64,000 nt of DNA from an uncultured Gemmatimonadales bacterium. Lineage in GTDB: Bacteria > Gemmatimonadota > Gemmatimonadetes > Gemmatimonadales > Gemmatimonadaceae. Positions 28,637 to 38,687 of this stretch are shown here, one piece after another. The stretch is taken from the NCBI GenBank assembly GCA_963701965.1, contig OY969695.1:4160001-4224000 (forward strand). Reading direction: 5' to 3'. A model generated the notes under the pieces. That model was not told where the DNA came from and did not search any database. It saw nothing but the letters and a program-made list of their open reading frames with translations. Both the position numbers and the translations under genes were made by a program. The stretch's first letter is position 1; every line of letters begins with the position of its first letter.

Positions 28637-29674
28637 GTGACAGGCGACGCCATCGTCGTCGGCGCGGGCATCGTGGGCGCGGCGTGCGCGTACTATTTGG
28701 CGCAGGAAGGATTCGCGGTCTCTGTCGTGGACGCCGGCAACATCGCGGGCGCCGCGACGTCCGCGGGCATGGGCCACGTGGTGGTGCTCGATGCATCGGA
28801 CGCGTTGTTCGCGCTGACCGCCTACTCCCAGCGCCTGCTCCGGGAGCTCGCTCCGAATGTCGTTCTCGAGCCGCGCGGCACGCTGTGGGTCGCCGAGGAC
28901 GATGCGCAGATGGAGACGGCGCGCGCCAAGCGCGACGCCTATGTCGCGCGCGGTATCGGCGCCGCGGTACTGGACGCCCAAGCACTCCGCAATGCCGAGC
29001 CGGCGCTGCGCCCCGGTCTCGCCGGTGGGCTCTCCGTTCCGGGCGACATGGTCATCGATCCGCCGTTACTCGCCCGTTGGCTGCTCAATGGCGTGGCGGT
29101 GAAGGAGCACGCGCCGGTGAAGCGCCTGGCGGATCTCGAGGCTCAAGTCATCGTCAATGCGACGGGCGCGGCAGCGCCCGCGCTGACACCAGGCATACCG
29201 ATCACCCCGCGCAAAGGGCACTTGGTGATCGCCGAAGGCGCGGCGCATCTCTGCCGGCATCAGGTCGCGGAGCTGGGGTATGGCCACGACGCGGCCATTG
29301 CCTGCAACGTCCAGCCGCGGGCCACGGGACAGCTCCTCATTGGCGCGTCGCGCGAGAACGTCGGCTGGGATGCGTCGATCAATCAGGACCTCGTGGACCG
29401 GATGCTCCGGCGGGCCGCACATTTTCTGCCGTCAACCGGCCACATACTCGAAGAGGCCCGCACCCGCATCGGGTTCCGGCCCGCCACGCCGGACAATTTG
29501 CCGTTCATCGGCGCTTGGCCCGAGTCGCCATTTTGGATCGCGGCTGGCCACGAAGGATTTGGGATAACGACCGCGCTCGGCACCGGCCGCATCCTCGCGG
29601 ACCTCGTGCTGGGCCGGACGCCAGCGATCGATCCTGCCCCCTACCGGCCCTCCCGGGCGCGAGGAGCAATGTGA
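28637..29674 (+). CDS. DAO-family FAD oxidoreductase, probable D-hydroxyproline dehydrogenase
   Basis: GAGIVG, ATSAGMGH, PRKGHL, GFRPATPD and GHEGFGITTA; lies between the epimerase and the deaminase. Confidence 0.85.
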   Translation: MTGDAIVVGAGIVGAACAYYLAQEGFAVSVVDAGNIAGAATSAGMGHVVVLDASDALFALTAYSQRLLRELAPNVVLEPRGTLWVAEDDAQMETARAKRDAYVARGIGAAVLDAQALRNAEPALRPGLAGGLSVPGDMVIDPPLLARWLLNGVAVKEHAPVKRLADLEAQVIVNATGAAAPALTPGIPITPRKGHLVIAEGAAHLCRHQVAELGYGHDAAIACNVQPRATGQLLIGASRENVGWDASINQDLVDRMLRRAAHFLPSTGHILEEARTRIGFRPATPDNLPFIGAWPESPFWIAAGHEGFGITTALGTGRILADLVLGRTPAIDPAPYRPSRARGAM

Positions 29675-30576
29675 TGCAAGCCGCAAACTGGTCCGGCGTT
29701 CTTCCCGCGATCACCACGCCGTTCGATGCCGATGGGGCGATCGACGAGACGGCGCTCGCCGCCCACGTGCGGTGGATCCTGAGCGCCGGCTGCGACGCGA
29801 TCGTGGCGCTCGGCTCCCTCGGGGAAGGCGCGACGCTCCGGTTCGAGGAAAAGGTGCGGGTGCTGGAGATCTGCCGTTCCGCGACTGGAGCCGCGCCGCT
29901 CGTCGCCGGGATCAGCGGTCTCTCCACCGACGAGTGCGTCCGGCTCGCCCGCGCGGCCGAGCGGGCGGGCTGTGATGGGCTCATGGTGCTGCCACCCTAC
30001 GTCTATCGCGGGGATTGGCGCGAAACGGAAGCCCACTTCCACGCCGTGCTCGACGCGACGCCGCTCTCCTGTATGCTGTACAACAATCCCATCGCCTACG
30101 GGACCGATCTCTCGGCCGCGGACGTGGCGGCGCTCGCCGACCGGCACGCGAACGTGCACGCCGTGAAAGAGTCGAGCGGAGACGTGCGCCGCGTGACGGC
30201 ACTCCGGGCGGCACTCGGGCACCGGCTCGCGCTCCTGGCGGGGCTCGATGACATGATCCTGGAGGCGGTGGGGGTCGGCGCCGCCGGATGGGTGGCGGGG
30301 CTGGCCAACGCTTTGCCCGCCGAGTCGGTGCGCCTGTTCGAGTTGGCGCGGTCGGGTCAGATGCGGGAAGCGCTCGCGCTGTACGCGTGGTTCCTGCCGT
30401 TGCTGCGATTTGACACCGTGGTCAAGTTCGTCCAGCTCATCAAGCTCGTGCAGTTGGAGGTGGGCCGCGGCACGGAGTTCGTCCGCCCACCCCGCCTGCC
30501 GCTCGCGGGAGCCGAACGCGACGCCGCATTGGGCGTGATCCGCGAACGTCTTGACCGGCGGCCAAGCGCCAGGTAG
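29674..30576 (+). CDS. DHDPS-family protein, probable 1-pyrroline-4-hydroxy-2-carboxylate deaminase
   Basis: GVLPAITTPF, GSLGE, LYNNP, VKESSGD and KFVQLIK; hydroxyproline context. Confidence 0.88.
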   Translation: MQAANWSGVLPAITTPFDADGAIDETALAAHVRWILSAGCDAIVALGSLGEGATLRFEEKVRVLEICRSATGAAPLVAGISGLSTDECVRLARAAERAGCDGLMVLPPYVYRGDWRETEAHFHAVLDATPLSCMLYNNPIAYGTDLSAADVAALADRHANVHAVKESSGDVRRVTALRAALGHRLALLAGLDDMILEAVGVGAAGWVAGLANALPAESVRLFELARSGQMREALALYAWFLPLLRFDTVVKFVQLIKLVQLEVGRGTEFVRPPRLPLAGAERDAALGVIRERLDRRPSAR

Positions 30577-30579
30577 GCG

Positions 30580-30820
30580 CCACTCACGAGCCGCGGTGCA
30601 TGCCATAGACCCCACGCTCCTCGGCGCCGTGCTCGGCGTCGGTGGCGCGCTCGCCGGAAACCGGATGCTCGCGGGCATGCTATACGGGGTGAGTCCGGTC
30701 GACGCAATGACTTACGCAATCGTCATCGGGGGGCTGCTCTTGGTCGTCGTCGTGGCCTGCATTGTGCCGCCAACGCGAGCGACCCGCGTGGATCCACTCA
30801 CGAGCTTGCGTCCCGAGTAG
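30580..30820 (+). pseudogene. 3'-only remnant of an FtsX/ADOP ABC permease
   Basis: MLYGVSPVD...ACIVPPTRATRVDPLTSLRPE* is the typical C-terminus; no upstream body. Confidence 0.7.
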
Positions 30821-30841
30821 AGCACGATCTACATCTCAAGA

Positions 30842-31048
30842 ATGCCGACAAAGCTCGACAAGCCACTGAAACGCGAGATCATGATCGCGGACCAACCGCT
30901 GGTGCTGACATTGACGCCCGACGGCGTGTTGATGACCGAGAAAGGGCACCGGAAAGGCAAGATGTTCAGCTGGGCCGACCTGTGGAGCGGGGAGGCCGAC
31001 ATGCAGAGACAATTGCGCGCGTCTGTCGACGCGATGCGGAGGGGCTGA
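30842..31048 (+). CDS. small conserved-looking hypothetical protein
   Basis: 68-aa ORF MPTKLDKPLKREI...KGHRKG...W; TGATG coupling to the next gene. Confidence 0.7.
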   Translation: MPTKLDKPLKREIMIADQPLVLTLTPDGVLMTEKGHRKGKMFSWADLWSGEADMQRQLRASVDAMRRG

Positions 31049-31915
31049 TGCGATACCCGGCTACGAGGAGTGGCACGTTCGCCATAGGAGGCGATCTCCA
31101 AGCTTACCGACTCGGCTACGGCACCATGCGCCTGACAGGGCGCGGCATTCTGGGGCGAGCCGGCCAACCACGCCGAAGCGATCGCGGTCCTCCGTCGCGC
31201 GGTCGACCTTGGGATCAACCTACTGGATACGGCCGACTCCTACGGCCCGGAGGTCGCCGAGCGCTTGATCGCCGAAGCGCTCTACCCGTACCCCAAAGGG
31301 CTCATCATCGCCACCAAGGCGGGATTCCAACGGCCCGGCCCCGACAACTGGGTCATGGATGGACGGCCCGAGCACCTGCGCGCGGCGTGCGAGGGCAGCC
31401 TGCGCCGGCTTCGATTGGAGCGCATCGAGCTCTTTCAGCTGCATCGCATCGACCCGAAAGTCCCGCTCGACGATCAGATCGGGGCGCTCACCGATCTCCA
31501 GCGCGAAGGCCGCATCAAACACATCGGTCTCTCCGAAGTCGATGTCGATCAGATTGACGCGGTGCGGCGGTTGACCCCCATCGTCTCCGTGCAGAACCGG
31601 TATAATCTCACCGATCGGCAGTCGGAGCCGGTGCTCGATTACTGCGAGCGGGAAGGTTTGGCATTCCTTCCCTGGTTTCCGCTGGCGACGGGCAATCTGG
31701 CGAATTCCGGCGGACCGCTGTCGCGCGTGGCCGAGCGGCTCCAGGCGACACCCTCGCAGGTGGCGATCGCCTGGCTGCTCAAGCGGTCTCCGGTCATGCT
31801 GCCGATCCCCGGAACGTCCACGGTGAAGCACCTCGAAGAGAACACCGCCGCCGCGACGTTGGAGTTGGATGACGCGACGATGGAGGAGCTGGATCCGCAC
31901 TCCCTCCGGACTTAG
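31048..31915 (+). pseudogene. aldo/keto reductase, +1 frameshift at about 31148
   Basis: RLGYGTMRL; after correction DTADSYG, ATKAG, IGLSE, VQNRYN and PIPGT. Confidence 0.88.
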
Positions 31916-34338
31916 TCCGTCCGGATGGCGATGATGGGGTCGACCTGCGTCGCGCGCACCGCTGGCACCAGCGACGCGATGAGACCCGCCACGGTGAGCG
32001 CCAGGGTGGCCAACACCCACGTCGGCGCATCGGCGCGACTGACGCCGTAGAGCAGGCTGGCGAGGACGCGCGATACCAAAATGCCGCCCACTACGCCACC
32101 CACGACACCGAATCCCACGAGGCGCATCCCCTGCTGCGCGACAATGCGCAGCGTCAGCGACGTCGGACTCCCCAGCGCCGCCCGGATCCCCAACTCGCGC
32201 GTGCGCTGGGCTACGGCATAGCTCATCACGCCGTAGAGTCCCGCGACCGCGAGCACGAGCGCCACCAGCGCGAAGGTCCCGATGAGCGTGAGATAGAATC
32301 GCGGCGTCCCCACGCTCGTCGCCATCACATCGGACATCGTCGAGACATCCGACACCGCGGCCACCGGATCCACCGAGTGGATGGCCGCGGTCACGGCCCG
32401 CGTGACGGCGGCGGGGTCTCCCCGGGTCACGCGCAGCATGATCGGGTAGACGGTGTTGCTGGTGTCCATCTGAAAGTAGGAGTAGTACACCTCGGGGACC
32501 GGCGGATCGATCGGCCCGGCGTTGGGGATGTCGCTGACCACACCGACGATGGTCGCGAACATGCTGTCACCCATGTAGAAGCGCTTCCCCACGGCATCCT
32601 GATGCGGGAAATCGCGGCGGGCCAACGCCTCGTTGGCGACGACCGCGATCGGTACACCGGGACGATTGTCCTCGTCGGTGCGCGGGAGACGGCCCGCGAC
32701 CAGCCGCTGGCCGGTAGCGCGAAAGAAGTCCGGCGTCGCCGTACGGTCGTCGACGAGCGGCTTGTGCTCCGGGTCGTCGTCGGGCTGTCCCTCGTATCGG
32801 ATGTTGGAATTCGATCCCCAGTTGCGATACGGGACGTGGGAGATCGCGCCCACGTACTGCACGCCGGGCACGTGCGTGACTGCCGCGAGCATGGGCGTGA
32901 GAAAGCGCCGGACGACCGCGCCGCTGGGATAGCGATCCGGCGAGACGGTCACCGTCAACGTCAGGAGCGGCCGCGGGTCGAATCCGGGATCCCGGCCTAC
33001 GAGCTTCTGGAATCCCCGCAGGACGAGACTGGCGCCGATGAGGAGCATCAACGACAACGCCACTTCGGCGATCACCAACCCCCCCAAGGCCCGATGATGG
33101 GCCGCCCCCGCGCCGCCGCCGCGGCCGCCGCGCAGGGCGTCCTGGGGGTCGACGCCGGCACTGTACCACGCCGGGAGCGCGCCGCAACACAAGGCCACGA
33201 GCGCGGCCAAGGAGAGCGCGAACACGACGATCCGCGCCTCGATGGCGAGACCGGTGAGCTGGGGCAGGCGGTCGCTGGCGAGCTTTCCGATCGTCATGAC
33301 GGTGAGCCACGCCAGACCGATTCCCAACACGCCGCCCGCGCCGGTGAGCACCGCGCTCTCGGCCAGCGCTGGCCGCATGACTGCCCACCGGCTGGCGCCC
33401 AACGCCGACCGCACCGCGATCTCGCGCTGACGGTGCACGCCGCGCGCCAGCAGCAGACTGCCCACGTTCGCCGAGGCGATCAACAGCACGGCGCACACGG
33501 CGCCGAACACGAGCAGGAGCGGCGTCCGCACGGTGGCCACGCTCTCGGCCTGGAGCGGCACGGCGCGGGCCGACTCGCCGCGCAGCTCGGGATGGATGGT
33601 GACCATGGCGTCGACCAGTGACCGCAACTCGGCGTTGGCGCTGGCCACCGTGGCGCCGGGCGCGAGGCGCCCCAACGCGTTCAGCCAATTGCTGCCGCGC
33701 CGGTCCCGTTCCTCCGGCGTGAACCGCATCGGGAGCCAGGCATCCCCGGTCAGCTCATAGTTGCCGGAAGGGATATGAAACCCCGGCGGCACGATGCCGA
33801 TCACCGTGGTTGGGACACCGTCGAGACGAACCACCCGGCCGACCACCCCGGGATCGGCGGCGAATCGTTTGCGCCACAACTCATCGCTGAGCACGACGAC
33901 GGGATTCTGTCCTTCGCTGTCGTCGGCGACGGTGACGAGGCGCCCATGCTCGGCGCGGGCGCCGAGCATGGCAAAGAGGTTGCCCGTCACCCGCCGCGTT
34001 TGGAGCTCGACGCCCTCCGTCGGCAGCGCCAGGAGTTTCGTGTCGTACCCAAAGGCCGCCAACCCGTCCAACTGGCGCACGCCGTGAGCCAGGTCGAGAT
34101 ATTTGGGCGCGGAGAACGGCCAGGTCTCGGACTGCGGGGCCGTCCTATAGACGGTGACCAAGCGGCCGGGCTCGCGGAACGGCAGCGGCCGCAAGAGCGC
34201 CTGATCAATGGCGCTGGCGATCGCCGTCGTCGCACCAAGCCCGAGGGTGAGACAGAGGATGGCGGACGCCGTCACAGTGGGGGCGCGGCGTAGCCGGCGC
34301 ACGGCATCCCGCAGGTCGTTGGACGAGAAGAGCGTCAC
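31912..34338 (-). CDS. ADOP-family duplicated MacB/FtsX ABC permease
   Basis: Two MacB-FtsX halves; REIAVRSALGASR and GLYGVMSYAVAQRTRELGIRAALG. Confidence 0.92.
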   Translation of the reverse strand: MTLFSSNDLRDAVRRLRRAPTVTASAILCLTLGLGATTAIASAIDQALLRPLPFREPGRLVTVYRTAPQSETWPFSAPKYLDLAHGVRQLDGLAAFGYDTKLLALPTEGVELQTRRVTGNLFAMLGARAEHGRLVTVADDSEGQNPVVVLSDELWRKRFAADPGVVGRVVRLDGVPTTVIGIVPPGFHIPSGNYELTGDAWLPMRFTPEERDRRGSNWLNALGRLAPGATVASANAELRSLVDAMVTIHPELRGESARAVPLQAESVATVRTPLLLVFGAVCAVLLIASANVGSLLLARGVHRQREIAVRSALGASRWAVMRPALAESAVLTGAGGVLGIGLAWLTVMTIGKLASDRLPQLTGLAIEARIVVFALSLAALVALCCGALPAWYSAGVDPQDALRGGRGGGAGAAHHRALGGLVIAEVALSLMLLIGASLVLRGFQKLVGRDPGFDPRPLLTLTVTVSPDRYPSGAVVRRFLTPMLAAVTHVPGVQYVGAISHVPYRNWGSNSNIRYEGQPDDDPEHKPLVDDRTATPDFFRATGQRLVAGRLPRTDEDNRPGVPIAVVANEALARRDFPHQDAVGKRFYMGDSMFATIVGVVSDIPNAGPIDPPVPEVYYSYFQMDTSNTVYPIMLRVTRGDPAAVTRAVTAAIHSVDPVAAVSDVSTMSDVMATSVGTPRFYLTLIGTFALVALVLAVAGLYGVMSYAVAQRTRELGIRAALGSPTSLTLRIVAQQGMRLVGFGVVGGVVGGILVSRVLASLLYGVSRADAPTWVLATLALTVAGLIASLVPAVRATQVDPIIAIRTD

Positions 34339-34396
34339 GGTCTCGGGGGGTCGGAGTCGCCCCTTGGACAGCGCGACCCGGCGAACAGTTTGCAGC

Positions 34397-36460
34397 CTAC
34401 CGGGGGAACGCCTCCGGCAGGCCACCATCGACCGTAATAATGTCCCCGGTCGTATACCGAAACCGGTCGCTGGCCAGGAGCGCCGCGAGATCGCCCACGG
34501 TCTCCGCCGGGATCAGCGAGACGCCCATGAGGTTGCGCCGGCGATAGGCGTCCAGCTGCTCCTCGGCCGATACCCCCCGGCCAGCCGCCCGCTGCCGCAC
34601 GAACTCCATGAACATCGGAGTCTCGATCTGATCGGCGTTGATGGCGTTGACGCGGATCCCGTCGGCGCCCAGCTCGACGGCCGCCACCCGCATCGCCTGG
34701 AGCAGCGCCGCCTTGCTCCCGCCGTACGCCGCGGCGTCGCGGCCGGGCACCACCGCGGCCTTGGAGACGGAGGCGACAATGGAACCGCCGAGACGTTGGC
34801 GGCGCATCACGGAGGCCGCACCCCCGATAGCGAGCACGGCGCCCAGATAGTGCACGTCGAGTTGCTGCTGGAGGTCCTCGCGCCGCATGTCCGTCACGCT
34901 GGCGAACCTCGGCGCGCGCCCGGCCGTGTAGAACAGGCAATCGACCCCGCCGAACGCGAAGATCGTCGCTCGCACGAGATCCGCAAGGCTCGCGTCGTCC
35001 CGCACGTCCACGCGCGCCGCGATCGCCCGCCCGGGAAACGCCGCGTTGATCTCCCCGGCCACGGCGTCGGCCGCCGATGCGTCCAGATCGGCCACGACCA
35101 CGTGCGCGCCCTCCCGGGCGAACGCGAGGGCGGCCGCCCGCCCGATGCCGCTCCCGCCCCCGATGATCGTCGCGACGTGGCGCGGCAGCAGCAACGCCGC
35201 GCGCTCCCGCGCGTCCTGCTCGTCGATCTTGCGCCGCTCGAGCGGCCAGTGCTCAAAGGTGAAGACGTCGGCTTCGGAGATGAACCGGAACGCATCGATG
35301 GCCTCGGCGTTGGCCATTGTCTCCAGCACGGCGCGGTAGCAGATATTGGCCGTCACCGCGCTCCGCTTGTCGCGGCCGGCGGTGATCATGCCGAGGCCGG
35401 GCGCCAACACCACCTTGGCCCAGTCCTCGAGCGGCCGTTCGCCGGCCGACGCGTGGCGGGCATGGTAGACCTCGTACTCCGCCCGTTGGCGACCGATCTG
35501 TTCCCGGACTCCCTCGGCCAATGCGTCCCGATCGACCGGCAGCCACACCGGAAGGCGCCCGGCGCGCAGGATATGCTCCGGCGTCGCCATCCCGCGTTGG
35601 GAGACCTCCGCGAGCTTCGGGTCCGCGAGCGCCGCGAGGATCTCGTCGGAGTCGTCGAAATGCAGGATCACGCGGCTCTCCGATCCCAGCGCGCCGCGCA
35701 CCACCGGTAGCACGTGCTCGGCGCGGCGTCGGCGAGCGTCGTTCGGCTCGGCCGGTTCGAATGCCACGCGTGGCGGCCGCTTGGTCGCCAGATACCGCTC
35801 GATGGTGTGCACGGCCCCCAGCAAGCGGGCGTAGCACGCGCGTGCGTCGTCCGCCCATACCACGATCCCGTGGTGCGCCAGCGCCAGCCCGACGACGCCC
35901 GGAGAAAGCTGGCCGACGAGTCCCGACACGACCTTGGCCAGCGGAAACCCCGGGCGCACATAGGGGACGTACACGATGTCACCGCCGAACAACTCGCCGA
36001 CGAGACGCTCGGCGAGCGGGTCGCTCACGTTCGTGAGGCTCATGGTCGCGACATCGTGCGTGTGCGCGATGACGCGGGCCGGGAGCAGGGAATGGAGCGG
36101 GGTCTCGACGCTCGGCGCCGGACCTTCCTCCAGCATCCCCGCCGCCATGAACCGCATCATGTCCGCGTCGAGCATGGCCTCCGTGGTCCCGAGCGCCGCC
36201 AACTTGGCGAGCGACAGGCGCGTGAAACCCTTGCGACCGATGGTCCGGAGATCGGTGCCGCTGCCTTTGACCAGCAGGGCATCGCCCACCTTGATCGATG
36301 TGTTCCCGCCGCCGGGCTGCACCAGCCGGGGTTCGCGGCCGATCAGGTTGGAGAGGTAGACCAGCTTGTCAAGCTCGTCGGCTCCGGGGGCGAGGCCATT
36401 CTGGCCATCGAGCCACCGATCTTCGATCGGCTCCGGCGTGAAAGGTGCTAATACAGCCAT
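34397..36460 (-). CDS. bifunctional class II aldolase / short-chain dehydrogenase (RhaEW-like)
   Basis: GGGNTSIK, KGSGTDL, PSVETPLH and HTH in the N-half; GGGSGIG and YGGSK in the C-half. Confidence 0.9.
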   Translation of the reverse strand: MAVLAPFTPEPIEDRWLDGQNGLAPGADELDKLVYLSNLIGREPRLVQPGGGNTSIKVGDALLVKGSGTDLRTIGRKGFTRLSLAKLAALGTTEAMLDADMMRFMAAGMLEEGPAPSVETPLHSLLPARVIAHTHDVATMSLTNVSDPLAERLVGELFGGDIVYVPYVRPGFPLAKVVSGLVGQLSPGVVGLALAHHGIVVWADDARACYARLLGAVHTIERYLATKRPPRVAFEPAEPNDARRRRAEHVLPVVRGALGSESRVILHFDDSDEILAALADPKLAEVSQRGMATPEHILRAGRLPVWLPVDRDALAEGVREQIGRQRAEYEVYHARHASAGERPLEDWAKVVLAPGLGMITAGRDKRSAVTANICYRAVLETMANAEAIDAFRFISEADVFTFEHWPLERRKIDEQDARERAALLLPRHVATIIGGGSGIGRAAALAFAREGAHVVVADLDASAADAVAGEINAAFPGRAIAARVDVRDDASLADLVRATIFAFGGVDCLFYTAGRAPRFASVTDMRREDLQQQLDVHYLGAVLAIGGAASVMRRQRLGGSIVASVSKAAVVPGRDAAAYGGSKAALLQAMRVAAVELGADGIRVNAINADQIETPMFMEFVRQRAAGRGVSAEEQLDAYRRRNLMGVSLIPAETVGDLAALLASDRFRYTTGDIITVDGGLPEAFPR

Positions 36461-36551
36461 GAGGGGAAAGATGGGCCGGTCCCCGGCGGCGAGCGAGGCC
36501 GTTACCGTGGCGGGCGAGATCCGTCAGAAAGCAAGAGGCCCGGGAGGGCGT

Positions 36552-36818
36552 ATGATGCAGCCGTGGCAGGATGGACCACCAGATGAGGGAGGGAGGGACG
36601 GCCTCCCCGAGTCGGGCGAGCCGAGAGCCGAGCCGCCGGAGCCGGTGAGCGCGTTCTATTGCGTGCGCTGCGGCGGCACGCAGCCGCACACGCACGAACT
36701 GCCCGCCGCACGCGAGTGTCCGCACTGCACGGAGACGATCTCCGCATACGCGCACTGGTGCTGGAAGTGCGAGCGCCCCGTGCTCGCCCCGGAGCGCCCA
36801 AAGGCGACGAACGGATAG
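36552..36818 (+). CDS. small zinc-ribbon protein
   Basis: Three CxxC motifs (CVRC, CPHC, CWKC); GGAGG upstream. Confidence 0.65.
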   Translation: MMQPWQDGPPDEGGRDGLPESGEPRAEPPEPVSAFYCVRCGGTQPHTHELPAARECPHCTETISAYAHWCWKCERPVLAPERPKATNG

Positions 36819-36833
36819 AGCGACGCCCCGGGG

Positions 36834-38636
36834 CTAGAACCCGGGCGGCCGCTCGCCGACGACCGCGAATGCCCGCTCCATCGCGACGCCCGCTCGCCCC
36901 AGCAGGCCATCGTCGAACAGCCGGCCGATGAGTGTGACGCCATGCGGCACGCGCCGCGGCGGGGAAAAAGTCGGGAGAGGGTGGTGCGGGTCCGGCGCCC
37001 AATCGCTCCGCGCTTGCGAGACCTGAATGAAACCCGCCCGCAGCGTCAACGACGGATGACCCGTGAAATTCGAGATGACGAGCATCTCGTCGCGGAGCGA
37101 CGGCACGAGCAGGAGGTCGACCTGCGTGAAGATCCGCGCCATCTCCTGTGCGACGCGCCGGCGGAACCGGTCGGCCTGCACGAAGTCGACGGCCGAGAGG
37201 AACCGCGCTTCGCGGAACTGGTTGGGCCAGGCGTCGGGAACTTGGGCTTTGAGCTGGCGCACCTGACCGCTCAGCGTCAGCTCTTCGAACGCCGCGGCTG
37301 CCTCGGCGAACAGGATGAGATTGAGGGAGTCGTAGGGCCAGTCGGGTAAGGTCACTTCCGTCGGGACCATCCCGAGCGTCCGGACCGTGTCCAATGCCCC
37401 GCGATCGACGTCCGTGGCCGGGTCCTCATGCATCCATTTCGGGAAGTATCCGACGCGGAGACCCTTCACGCTCGCCGTCGCATCGAAGTCGAGCGCACTG
37501 GGAACCGAGGCGACGTCGCGCTCGTCGCGGCCACTGATGGCATTGAGCACCAGCATGGTGTCCTCGACGCCGCGGGCCATAGGGCCCAGCTTGTCGAGCG
37601 ACCAGCACAGCGTCATCGCCCCGGTGCGCGGGACGCGGCCGTACGTTGGGCGGAGGCCCGTCACGCCGCAGCGCATGCTCGGGCTCACGATGCTGCCACC
37701 GGTCTCGCTCCCGATGGAGAAGCCGACCAGTCCGGCCGCCGTCGCCGCGCCCGGCCCCGCGCTCGAGCCGGATGCGCCTTCCTCCAAAAGCCAGGGGTTC
37801 ACGGTCTGGCCGCCGAACCAGATGTCGTTGAGCGCCAGCGCACCCAGGCTCAGTTTCGCGACGAGGATCGCTCCCGCGGCGCGCAGGCGCTCCACGACCA
37901 CCGCGTCCGTGGTCGGGACGCGATCGCGAAAGGGCTCGGCGCCATAGGTCGTCGGAATGCCGGCGGTGTCCAGGAGATCCTTGCTGCCCCACGGAATCCC
38001 GTGCAACGGGCCGCGATACTTGCCCGCCGCGATCTCGGCATCCGCCTGCTTGGCTTGGGCGAGCGCGCTGTCGCGCGTCAGCGTGATCACGCAGCGGAGC
38101 TTGGGGTCGAAGCGCTGCAGTCGGTCGAGGTACAGCGTGGTGAGCCGCTCCGCGCTCAGCTGCCGGTGTTCGATCCACCGGGACAGGTGGGTCACGGGCG
38201 CGAAGGCGATGTCCTCGTCACTGGCCGGCAGCTGGCCCGGATCGTTGCTCCGCACAAACCGGTCGTGCGCCGGCCCCGCCGTACCGGTGAGGACGGGGTT
38301 CCATCGGGTAGCCGGCGAGACGGTGGCATCCAGTGACACCGTGCGCGGACCGACGCGCCGTTCGATCAGGGCGGCCATCGACTGCCGCCAGTTGGCCGCC
38401 GCCATGGCGCGCTCGTCGTCGCGCATGGCGACCTGGACGAGCTTTTCGGCCTCCACGAAGGTCTGGGGCGTGACGACCGGGCCGACTTCCGGCGCCGCGC
38501 CGAACGTCGGCGGCGAGCCGGGAGGCAGTGTCGAGGGTGTGGAGGACGCGGTGCCCTGATCCTGGCCGCGGCACGCCGCCGCCGCGGCCAGGAGCCCGAG
38601 GGGAGCGCGGATGAGGAACTGCCGGCGTGAGTTCAC
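36834..38636 (-). CDS. amidase-signature family enzyme with Tat/lipoprotein signal
   Basis: SRRQFL...AAAC; GPLHGIPWGSKD, SGSSAG and GSETGGSI. Confidence 0.92.
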   Translation of the reverse strand: MNSRRQFLIRAPLGLLAAAAACRGQDQGTASSTPSTLPPGSPPTFGAAPEVGPVVTPQTFVEAEKLVQVAMRDDERAMAAANWRQSMAALIERRVGPRTVSLDATVSPATRWNPVLTGTAGPAHDRFVRSNDPGQLPASDEDIAFAPVTHLSRWIEHRQLSAERLTTLYLDRLQRFDPKLRCVITLTRDSALAQAKQADAEIAAGKYRGPLHGIPWGSKDLLDTAGIPTTYGAEPFRDRVPTTDAVVVERLRAAGAILVAKLSLGALALNDIWFGGQTVNPWLLEEGASGSSAGPGAATAAGLVGFSIGSETGGSIVSPSMRCGVTGLRPTYGRVPRTGAMTLCWSLDKLGPMARGVEDTMLVLNAISGRDERDVASVPSALDFDATASVKGLRVGYFPKWMHEDPATDVDRGALDTVRTLGMVPTEVTLPDWPYDSLNLILFAEAAAAFEELTLSGQVRQLKAQVPDAWPNQFREARFLSAVDFVQADRFRRRVAQEMARIFTQVDLLLVPSLRDEMLVISNFTGHPSLTLRAGFIQVSQARSDWAPDPHHPLPTFSPPRRVPHGVTLIGRLFDDGLLGRAGVAMERAFAVVGERPPGF

Positions 38637-38687
38637 GGGCACAATGTGCAATTGCGGACTGGGGGCCGCCACTACAGAATCTCTGAG

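Noticed and set aside
28513..30576. 687-aa ORF suggesting a long DHDPS fusion
   Set aside because: The N-terminal part is an Arg-rich off-frame reading of the DAO gene; the real start is 29674 after GAGGAG.
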